Of a stretch of 47,244 nucleotides of DNA, positions 17,618 to 24,623 are shown piece by piece. Origin of the DNA: a virus (Duplodnaviria > Caudoviricetes); IMG/VR virus record IMGVR_UViG_3300037760_000081, positions 1 to 47,244 of that record; one strand, 5' to 3'. The translations under genes and the position numbers were made by a program. Below the pieces are notes generated by a model. It had not been told where the DNA came from. It did no database searches and saw only the letters and a list, made by a program, of their open reading frames with translations. Every line of letters starts with the position of its first letter. Within the stretch, counting starts at the first letter, position 1.

Positions 17618-17677
17618 CCAAGATCAAGACCTGGCGCCGTGTCACCATGGCACCCCAAGATCAAGACCTGGCGCCGT
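17618..17677. repeat. 23-bp direct repeat inside a hairpin element
   Basis: CCAAGATCAAGACCTGGCGCCGT at 17618-17640 and 17655-17677. Confidence 0.9.
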
Positions 17678-17692
17678 ACCCAATAGGCAGTG

Positions 17693-17863
17693 TCAGACAG
17701 TATCCAGCGGAAGAACATGCCACCCGCGTACGGGGACAAACCTGCGCACCACATTGCGTGACCTAGGCGCAGCCGCAATACGGTCCGACTGCTCTCTAGT
17801 CAGATTCACGGCCACCGTGCGGTATGTCTTGCCGTAATCCTCGCTGAACAGATAGTCAAACAT
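17693..17863 (-). CDS. Small hypothetical protein (first array unit)
   Basis: Hand translation MFDYLFSEDYGKTYRTVAVNLTREQ... (56 aa); GGGAGGGTTGAGCCATG start. Confidence 0.65.
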   Translation of the reverse strand: MFDYLFSEDYGKTYRTVAVNLTREQSDRIAAAPRSRNVVRRFVPVRGWHVLPLDTV

Positions 17864-18695
17864 GGCTCAACCCTCCCAATCATGTAACGATGGCGCGGCG
17901 GCATACGAGGACAGAACGCCAGAACAGCATGCCGCCCACCAACCAAACACGATTTCATTCTCGGTAGGAAGGTAGGAAGGTAATCAAGCAATCCGGCAGA
18001 CACAGAAACGACAGATCATCATGCGGCTGATTTCGATACACGCTCCCGTGATTCATGCAAAGCATATAAACGATCATGGCATGCTATCGCGACCCTACGC
18101 ATTCACTGCGCTGTGTCTCACCGTGTATCCAGATATCAACCTGCAATCTCACGCCCGGGACTTCCAAGCCTCTCGCCTAGCGCTCCCAGGTGGAGCACCC
18201 CTCACGCTACCCGCTAGCGCCGTAGGCCACAAACCCTACGGCACGCCGTTACGCAATCGTTATGTGAACGCTCAAACAAGGGTGTGGCCAGCATAGATAG
18301 ACAGCCATCAACCCCCGAGCTCTGCCCTGGTGTGCAGCCTGGTGGGTAGGGCAGGGAATGTCACGTCACCGCTATAGGCAATATCCCCACATCACGCCCA
18401 TATGTGTGATTCCGGACATCCGCACCAGGGCAAACCAGGACATCCCGGGCGCAAGATCATAGCCTCGAACCAGGTCAAACCAGGCACCCCGGGCACACCC
18501 ACACATATGTGGTCGACCCGGGGTTTTTAACGCGCGCGCGATCTCACTCTCATATACCCCCTCAGGTATACGTGTGCAGGTTGGGCATGGTGACGGCTTT
18601 GATTTGCAGTAGGAGTCCGTATAGGCCGGTTCCGAGCGTGGTTAGGAGTAGGGGCGCCGGGTAGGCTATGTGTAGGTACGCGGCGACGAGGGCTG

Positions 18696-18914
18696 TCATG
18701 GGTATTGGTGGAGGTCGGGTTCTGTGGTGTAGCTGATTTCGCCGCCTACTACGTCGGCGTAGTGTTCGACTTCGATCCTGTATGGGTCAACTCCACTGGT
18801 TTGGGTGACGGCCTGGTCGGCTAGGGGTGCCTGGACGTACCAGGTGTGGGTTACGCGCCACCAGGTGATGTCTGGGGCGGGTTTTGGGGTGGTTGTGTCG
18901 TTGACTTCGGTCAT
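18696..18914 (-). CDS. Hypothetical protein
   Basis: RBS AAGGAG. Confidence 0.65.
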   Translation of the reverse strand: MTEVNDTTTPKPAPDITWWRVTHTWYVQAPLADQAVTQTSGVDPYRIEVEHYADVVGGEISYTTEPDLHQYP

Positions 18915-18938
18915 GTTTTCTCCTTAGTAGTCGGGGCC

Positions 18939-19457
18939 TCACGCGGCCCCTGGGTCGTGTCCGTTTGTCGGGGGTTGTTCGTCGGCCGGCTGGTCGATTT
19001 CTTCTGCGATGGTCTCAACGACGGCTACCTCCAATTCGGCGAGGGCATCCTGCCACCTTTTGGCCATGTTGATCGGTTGTTCCTGGGCTACCGTGGCAAG
19101 CGTTTTGGCGTACTGTTCCGGAGCCCGGAAGTAGAACGTGGCGTAGGTGGAGTCGAATGTGCAGTCCGCGTCCCGCAGGTAAAGCGGGTGGTTGGGGAGT
19201 TTGACGGTGGCGATGCAGCCGGTACAGTCGCAGTTGTCGGGGGTTTTGGTTTCTCCGGCCAGGATGGCGTGGCAGGTTCGGTTGGAGCCTCCGTTGCGGG
19301 TGTAGACGGCGATCCTGATACCGTCGTCGCTGTTTTCTACCCACGAGTCGCAGTAGCGTCCCACTTGGCTGAACTTGGTGAATCCAAGTGCGGAGAGCAG
19401 GAGTTTGCCGCGTATGCGGGGTTCGCGGTGGCCGAACGCAAAGTTGTAGAAGCTCAT
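18939..19457 (-). CDS. Conserved hypothetical phage protein
   Basis: GRYCDSW...VYTRNGGSNR...HPLYLRDADCTFDSTYATFYF; ATGA coupling. Confidence 0.75.
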   Translation of the reverse strand: MSFYNFAFGHREPRIRGKLLLSALGFTKFSQVGRYCDSWVENSDDGIRIAVYTRNGGSNRTCHAILAGETKTPDNCDCTGCIATVKLPNHPLYLRDADCTFDSTYATFYFRAPEQYAKTLATVAQEQPINMAKRWQDALAELEVAVVETIAEEIDQPADEQPPTNGHDPGAA

Positions 19458-19783
19458 TCTGCCTTCTTTCGTAGTGTAGCCACTAGGTTTACTAGCCAGT
19501 TATGCGTGGTTTCGGCTTCGGCCCTGGCGTAGCTGTGACGGTGTATGATTCTGCCGATTGGCGTCCCGGTAATCATGGTTTCCCAGAGCCTGGGAGTGGA
19601 CCCACCTGGGCCGTGGTTGACTCCTAGGAACACGGTTGATACTTCGATTCCGTCTAGGCTGGCGTGGGCTAGCTTTAGCTTTGCGCTGTCGAACCAGTTG
19701 GCCCATTCCAGCAGGTTGCTTTCTGGCTCCGGTTCTCCTTGTTTGTTGAGTCGGTATAGGCTGAATGGGGCGAGCTCGTTCAT
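19454..19783 (-). CDS. Conserved hypothetical phage protein
   Basis: VSTVFLGVNH...LWETMI motif; RBS GGAGAG. Confidence 0.7.
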   Translation of the reverse strand: MNELAPFSLYRLNKQGEPEPESNLLEWANWFDSAKLKLAHASLDGIEVSTVFLGVNHGPGGSTPRLWETMITGTPIGRIIHRHSYARAEAETTHNWLVNLVATLRKKAE

Positions 19784-19913
19784 CTCTCTCCAGGGTATCG
19801 GGTCGCGGTGGCAGGAGCACCAGGGGAAGTGTCTGTCCCATGGGATGTAGCGGGCCGCTAGGCACCAGGAGTGGTGCCAGTGTCCGTGTAGGCGGATGTA
19901 TATGCCGCACATG

Positions 19914-19998
19914 TGGCGAGGTGGGGATTTGAACCCCGTATCTCCACCCTGGGCGATGTAGGTCGCATGGGAACCCATTGTGGGGCTGATTCCTCGCC
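19914..19998 (-). ncRNA. tRNA-like element (degenerate tRNA)
   Basis: 7-bp acceptor GGCGAGG/CCTCGCC-A and T-arm GGGG-TTCAAAT-CCCC; non-canonical D and anticodon arms. Confidence 0.55.
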
Positions 19999-20005
19999 GG
20001 GTCGG

Positions 20006-20629
20006 TTACGGCCCTACGGGCAGTAGGGGTTGTAGCTGTTCTAGCAGGTGTTCGACTTCCAAAAGGCCCTCGCATCCGTCTTCTGCCGCCAGCTCCCGCA
20101 GGGCTGGCATGCCGGCCTCTATGGCGTCGGTGACTTCCTTTCTGAGCGCCGGGCGGCCTTCGCACCACCACTGGACCTCGCTGGGTGGACCGACGTGGAA
20201 CAGGGCTCCCTTGCCGTCCGGTACTGCCCGCCAGATGCGGGTGGTCCACAGCAGCGCTACCCCGGGGTTGTGTAGCAGTGGGATGCCGGGGGGTGGGGCG
20301 ATGGCCGCCGGGTCGACAGGGCGGCGCCGGGCGTTGGGGCGGGTGAGGAATGGGCAGATGCGCACCGACCAGACGGCGCAGTCGTGGTGGCAGGGGGGTT
20401 CGGCGGTTACCCGGTTGACGCCACACATGGGGCCGAGAACGAACGTGCCCCACACGCCGCGTACCCGGCCACAGACCCAGCAGAGGTTGAATCGGATGGC
20501 GTCCCGGAGCTTGTCTGTGATGCGGTATTCCGGCTTGCCGTCCTTCCAGGCGACGAACCAGGGGACTCGGGTCCTGCGTCGTGGGTCTATGGGTAGGTGC
20601 CGGACGTTTGCCGGCTCGGGGTGGGTCAC
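20006..20629 (-). CDS. Conserved actinophage Cys/His protein
   Basis: VPWFVAW...LCWVCG...EPPCHHDCAVWSVRICPFL. Confidence 0.8.
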   Translation of the reverse strand: MTHPEPANVRHLPIDPRRRTRVPWFVAWKDGKPEYRITDKLRDAIRFNLCWVCGRVRGVWGTFVLGPMCGVNRVTAEPPCHHDCAVWSVRICPFLTRPNARRRPVDPAAIAPPPGIPLLHNPGVALLWTTRIWRAVPDGKGALFHVGPPSEVQWWCEGRPALRKEVTDAIEAGMPALRELAAEDGCEGLLEVEHLLEQLQPLLPVGP

Positions 20630-20805
20630 GGGCGGGGGATTTGGCGGGGGGTTGGCTGGGGCCGGGCCGACTTCGGGGTGCTCAGGCGGGCTTCGAGCTG
20701 CCCCACCCGCCGGTACAGGCTCCGGAGCGTGAACGCGCTGAGGAGTTGGCCGGTGACAAGCCCGGAGAGTAGTAGCCAGAGCAGGATGGTAGCGATTGTG
20801 TCCAT
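20626..20805 (-). CDS. Small membrane protein
   Basis: MDTIATILLWLLLSGLVTGQLL; GTGA coupling. Confidence 0.5.
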   Translation of the reverse strand: MDTIATILLWLLLSGLVTGQLLSAFTLRSLYRRVGQLEARLSTPKSARPQPTPRQIPRP

Positions 20806-20849
20806 ACCGGGTATGACTACCGAGGCCACTGTTAGTGGCGGGGTATTCG

Positions 20850-20865
20850 TGTGATCTGCGTCACA
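20850..20865. promoter_or_regulatory. CRP/GlxR-family binding site
   Basis: TGTGA-TCTGCG-TCACA, perfect consensus, in a divergent intergenic. Confidence 0.65.
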
Positions 20866-21071
20866 CCCAGGATTGGTCTGCTACACAATGAAGCGAATGC
20901 AACAGTTGCCCCTATTGACAAGGTTCGTACAATGAGGGGGAAGGGGGTAGGGGGATAGGGGAGTAAACCCTACAAACCCATTAACCCAATTACCTAACTA
21001 CCCTACTAACGAGTCGAACCCTATCAGGGTTCGACTCTTCTTAGTTTATACCCATAGGAGAGTAAAACAAC

Positions 21072-21320
21072 ATGCCAGTTGACTTTGTACAGTACGGGTT
21101 TGATCAGTCGTCGATGCTGGACCTCGTTCTGGTGAACGATGTCGGTGGTCTCACCAACTTCACCCCTGACTCGGTTGAGTTCACTCCGGTGGGTGTTCTT
21201 GCCAAGAAGGTCGACGAGTCCCCCACCGGGGACGTTGAAACCACCTGGTTTGTCCCGTGGACCAATCTCAGGGTAGCCAAGCAGGTTGTGGGTAACACCA
21301 TATCGCCTCCGGCGGGTTAA
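21072..21320 (+). CDS. Hypothetical protein
   Basis: RBS AGGAG. Confidence 0.7.
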   Translation: MPVDFVQYGFDQSSMLDLVLVNDVGGLTNFTPDSVEFTPVGVLAKKVDESPTGDVETTWFVPWTNLRVAKQVVGNTISPPAG

Positions 21321-21414
21321 CAAAACCTTACCCCCCTCCTCCCTCTCTTCGTTCGGTCGTCGGGGGGTACCAGGGGGGTTTTGAGAACCCTTTCACTTCC
21401 CAAAGGAAACCATT

Positions 21415-22065
21415 GTGGCGACCGCAGCGTATTTCACCTGGGTCGCCGAAGGTAGTGCGTGGGACCTGGCCCGCCCGGTGCGGGAGCTGCGCAACTGGGC
21501 CGAGGCGAACGCGGTGCCCGTGCTCGGCACCATAGGCAACGAGGCCCATCTGACCTCCGGCTTCCCAGAGGACCACACCCCGTTTTCGGTCACGGCCTGG
21601 CCGGTGCCGCTACCCCGCTACGTGGTGACCGCGATCGACCTGGGCGACGTTGACGGCCTCGGCTGGGCGATCCTGGCAATGGCGCGCCGGGGCAAGCTGC
21701 CCTGGTTGAAGTACATGAATGTGCAGAACCGCCATTACGTCTACTCGGATGGGTTCACCGAGTATTGGCCCAACGGCGATGCGCATATCCACCTGAGCGT
21801 TTTCTCCGACGACCTGGACACATCCATTGAGCCGTTCGACCCGTGGGAGGACAGTGGGATGGAGCTGGAGACGGCCACGGTAAGGCGCCCCCGGGACGGG
21901 GCTCAGATCAACCTCTTGGACACGATTGCGTGGACGGAGGAACGCACCTATCGGATTGCGCAGCAGCTTGAGGCGCTTACGCGGCTGGTACGGGAGCTGG
22001 GTGCCCCCGAGGCGGCTTCTGCGGCCGAGATCGCCCCACAGCTTGAGATTCGGGCCAAGCCGTGA
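21415..22065 (+). CDS. Endolysin (zinc peptidase/M15-like catalytic domain)
   Basis: EDHTP...TAIDL...YMN...HIHLS metal-binding pattern; adjacent to membrane genes. Confidence 0.65.
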   Translation: MATAAYFTWVAEGSAWDLARPVRELRNWAEANAVPVLGTIGNEAHLTSGFPEDHTPFSVTAWPVPLPRYVVTAIDLGDVDGLGWAILAMARRGKLPWLKYMNVQNRHYVYSDGFTEYWPNGDAHIHLSVFSDDLDTSIEPFDPWEDSGMELETATVRRPRDGAQINLLDTIAWTEERTYRIAQQLEALTRLVRELGAPEAASAAEIAPQLEIRAKP

Positions 22066-22265
22066 CCCTGGGCGAGCTGGCGACGCTGGCGACTGCCCTG
22101 ATCGTGGCGCTACTGGCCTGGTCCGCCCGGCGGCAGGTGCAGAAAGTTCATGTGTTGGTGAATTCGCGCATGTCAGACATGGAGAAACGGGTACGGCAGT
22201 TGACTGCCGCTTTGGAGGGGTCTGACACCCGGGTACCGCCAGCCCCCGAACGTGAAGGGATTTAG
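22062..22265 (+). CDS. Membrane protein of the lysis cassette
   Basis: One transmembrane helix followed by VHVLVNSRM coiled coil. Confidence 0.7.
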   Translation: MTLGELATLATALIVALLAWSARRQVQKVHVLVNSRMSDMEKRVRQLTAALEGSDTRVPPAPEREGI

Positions 22266-22266
22266 C

Positions 22267-22467
22267 ATGCGAACAGCTAAGGCATGGCTCGGTGCCGCGT
22301 CGATCCTGGTCACCAGCCTCACGGCGATCCTCGCCGACAACGTTTTTGAAATGAGCGAGATCGCGGTTCTGGCGGCCGTGTTGATCGAGGCCGTGGTGGG
22401 CGTGTGGGCCATCTACCGGGTGCCCAATGCGGGCTTTGTGGAACGGCCCCTCCCAGAGCGGCTGTAG
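22267..22467 (+). CDS. Holin-like protein
   Basis: Two transmembrane helices; AKAWLGA...VWAIYRVPN. Confidence 0.7.
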   Translation: MRTAKAWLGAASILVTSLTAILADNVFEMSEIAVLAAVLIEAVVGVWAIYRVPNAGFVERPLPERL

Positions 22468-22777
22468 GGCCTCCACAAGGCTCACCCTTACGAACGAACC
22501 TACCCTAACCAACGGTCAACGCCCCTGTGTGGCTCTCAGCGGGGTTTTCGGGTGGGTTTTGTTGAATGCGACCCCCCCCCCAATGCGCCTCACGGCGTAG
22601 GGGGTCGCTCTAGCGCGCTGATCCTGTAGTGGGCAGGTGGTCAGTTAGCCCTGGAACAGCGCCGCAAGTCATGACAGGCCGGAGGTGGGCTCGGATGGGC
22701 CGAAAACGCGCGTCTCCTCCTGCGCGCGCACACGCGCGCACGCGCGAGGCCGGTTCGAGGAACGGGGTAGCGCCTGC

Positions 22778-24208
22778 ATGACTCTCACCAGAAAACAAAA
22801 AGCCGCCAACACCCGCAAGCGAAACAAGTTCCTGGAACTTGTCGCCGCCGGCATGAGCGTCAAAGAAGCATGCCGTGAAATCGGCGTACACCGGACCACC
22901 TACCAGCGGTGGAGGTCAGAAAACCCCGACTGGTCCATTCGGATGGACCAGGTGCAGTCCGCCGGAATCGCCGACGCATCCAATGGGCGCGTGCCCGGCT
23001 TCGCCGAATTCTGCAAACGGTACCTGCACCAGCCGATCTACGCCCACCAGCAGAAATGGGTGGATCTGCTCGAAGGCAAAACCCTTCACAACCTACACCC
23101 CTCCATGGTCTACGAACAAGGCTCCCCCAACCACATTCTCATTAATACCCCGCCGGAACACGCCAAGTCCACCACCCTCTCAATCAACTACCCGACCTGG
23201 CGGCTATTGCGCGAACCCAACATCAAAATCATGTTGGTTTCCAAACGGGCCGAACTGGCAGCCGAATTCCTCTACGCAATCAAACACCGGCTGACGCACC
23301 CCCGCTACGCCGAATTGCAGAAAGCGTTCGGCCCCCCCGGTGGATTCAAAGAGGACGCCCCCATCTGGGCGGCCGACCGAATCTACCTCGGATCACAACG
23401 CGACTCCGGCGAAAAAGACCCAACCGTGCAAGCCGTCGGCCTAGGCGGGCAGATTTACGGAGTCCGGTCCGACCTGATCATTGTTGACGACGCCGTGATC
23501 CTCTCCAATGCCCACGAGTTCGAGAAGCAAACCCGCTGGCTGCAACAAGAGGTCATTACGCGACTCGGCACCTACGGCACTTTGCTTGTGGTCGGAACCC
23601 GCGTCGACGCGATCGACCTGTACCGGCACCTACGCACCCCCGACCTGTATCCCACCGGGGAATCACCCTGGACCTACCTGGCGCAGCCGGCGGTGCTCGA
23701 ATACGCCGAAGACCCGAAACTGTGGGTCACTCTCTGGCCAAAGGCGCAAGAACCCTGGCCCGGGTCCAAGGACGTTAAACCCGACGACGACGGGCTGTAC
23801 CCGAAGTGGACCGGTCCGTACCTGGCTCGCCGGCGAGGCATGATCGCCTCCCGCACCTGGGCGTTGGCATACCAACAGGCCGAAGTCGAAGAAGACGCCG
23901 TGTTCCCCGCCGAAAAGGTCAAGGCGTGCCTGTCCCAACGCAACGCCGGCAACCTGCGCCGGGACGAATGCGGGCGCGACATGAACGGCCTCTACGTCAT
24001 CGGCTCCATGGACCCTGCCATGGTGGGCGACACCGGAGTTGTCGTCAAGGCGGTCGACCGGCACACCCGGAAACGGTGGATACTCGACGGCCGGCTACGC
24101 ACCGGAGCCACCCCCGGCTGGATTCGTTCCACAATCAAAGAGCTGACCACGATGTACGGTATCCATGAATGGAGGATTGAAAAGAACGCCTTCCAGGCGT
24201 TCTTATAG
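22778..24208 (+). CDS. terL: Terminase large subunit, part 1 (N-terminal HTH, ATPase, start of nuclease)
   Basis: HTH (VKEACREIGVHRTTYQRWR), Walker A PPEHAKST, LIIVDD, VGTR and nuclease GSMDPA; ends EKNAFQAFL-stop. Confidence 0.92.
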   Translation: MTLTRKQKAANTRKRNKFLELVAAGMSVKEACREIGVHRTTYQRWRSENPDWSIRMDQVQSAGIADASNGRVPGFAEFCKRYLHQPIYAHQQKWVDLLEGKTLHNLHPSMVYEQGSPNHILINTPPEHAKSTTLSINYPTWRLLREPNIKIMLVSKRAELAAEFLYAIKHRLTHPRYAELQKAFGPPGGFKEDAPIWAADRIYLGSQRDSGEKDPTVQAVGLGGQIYGVRSDLIIVDDAVILSNAHEFEKQTRWLQQEVITRLGTYGTLLVVGTRVDAIDLYRHLRTPDLYPTGESPWTYLAQPAVLEYAEDPKLWVTLWPKAQEPWPGSKDVKPDDDGLYPKWTGPYLARRRGMIASRTWALAYQQAEVEEDAVFPAEKVKACLSQRNAGNLRRDECGRDMNGLYVIGSMDPAMVGDTGVVVKAVDRHTRKRWILDGRLRTGATPGWIRSTIKELTTMYGIHEWRIEKNAFQAFL

Positions 24209-24209
24209 C

Positions 24210-24623
24210 TTAACCCAAGACCCGGAACTGCAAGAATGGCTCGGCTCGCAAGGTGTCAGACTATCCGAACACCACACCGGCAAAAACAAGTGGGACCCGA
24301 TGTTCGGTGTGGCATCCATGGCGATCCTGTTCGAGCTGCAACTCATCGACATCCCCGGACTCAACCGGCCAGAGGCCATCAAGCAGCTAGTTGAACAACT
24401 TATCGTCTGGTCACCGGAATCTCAGGCAAAAGACGACATGGTAATGGCCCTCTGGTTCGCCGAAATCCGGGCACGCGAAGTATGCCAAGCCGTGTCACTC
24501 GACGCAGACGGCCCCAGTCCCTACCAGCGGAACCGCTGGCTATCAAAGCGAGGGCGCAGAAACCAAGTCGTCATAAACCTGAACGACCTGGCGGCGGCAA
24601 AGGTGCAACATGCTGGACGCTGA
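24210..24623 (+). CDS. terL: Terminase large subunit, part 2 (C-terminal nuclease), in the +1 frame
   Basis: TQDPELQEWL...HHTGKNKWDP...KDDMVMALWF; joins part 1 as FLTQD if the 7 nt at 24206-24212 are skipped. Confidence 0.88.
   Translation, partial: LTQDPELQEWLGSQGVRLSEHHTGKNKWDPMFGVASMAILFELQLIDIPGLNRPEAIKQLVEQLIVWSPESQAKDDMVMALWFAEIRAREVCQAVSLDADGPSPYQRNRWLSKRGRRNQVVINLNDLAAAKVQHAGR

Larger units (their letters stand above)
12262..17880 (-). repeat. Array of ~12 intergenic hairpin elements plus GGGAGGGTTAGCAATG start-associated motif
   Basis: Hairpins at about 12323-12378, 12964-13017, 14024-14080, 14400-14452, 14789-14842, 15302-15356, 15874-15925, 16251-16304, 16736-16790, 16959-17025, 17330-17381 and 17592-17696; motif or a variant before ATGs at 12261, 12933, 14375, 14763, 15280, 15846, 16227, 16714, 16936, 17304, 17563 and 17863. 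Confidence 0.9.

Noticed and set aside
12262-17880. CRISPR array
   Set aside because: The intervening sequences are whole ORFs of variable length and the repeats are degenerate; the Cas4-like gene is a common phage nuclease.
19500-20732. Long alternative-frame ORFs (317 aa, 250 aa) and many similar antisense ORFs genome-wide
   Set aside because: They are GC-rich shadow frames overlapping better-supported genes, with no RBS or motifs.
20915-20933. TTGACA...TACAAT consensus promoter
   Set aside because: The spacer is only 7 nt. TTGCCC-N16-TACAAT is possible but weak.
24165-24209. ATG at 24165 as an independent gene start
   Set aside because: The first 15 residues look out of frame; terminase-like sequence resumes only at LTQD.
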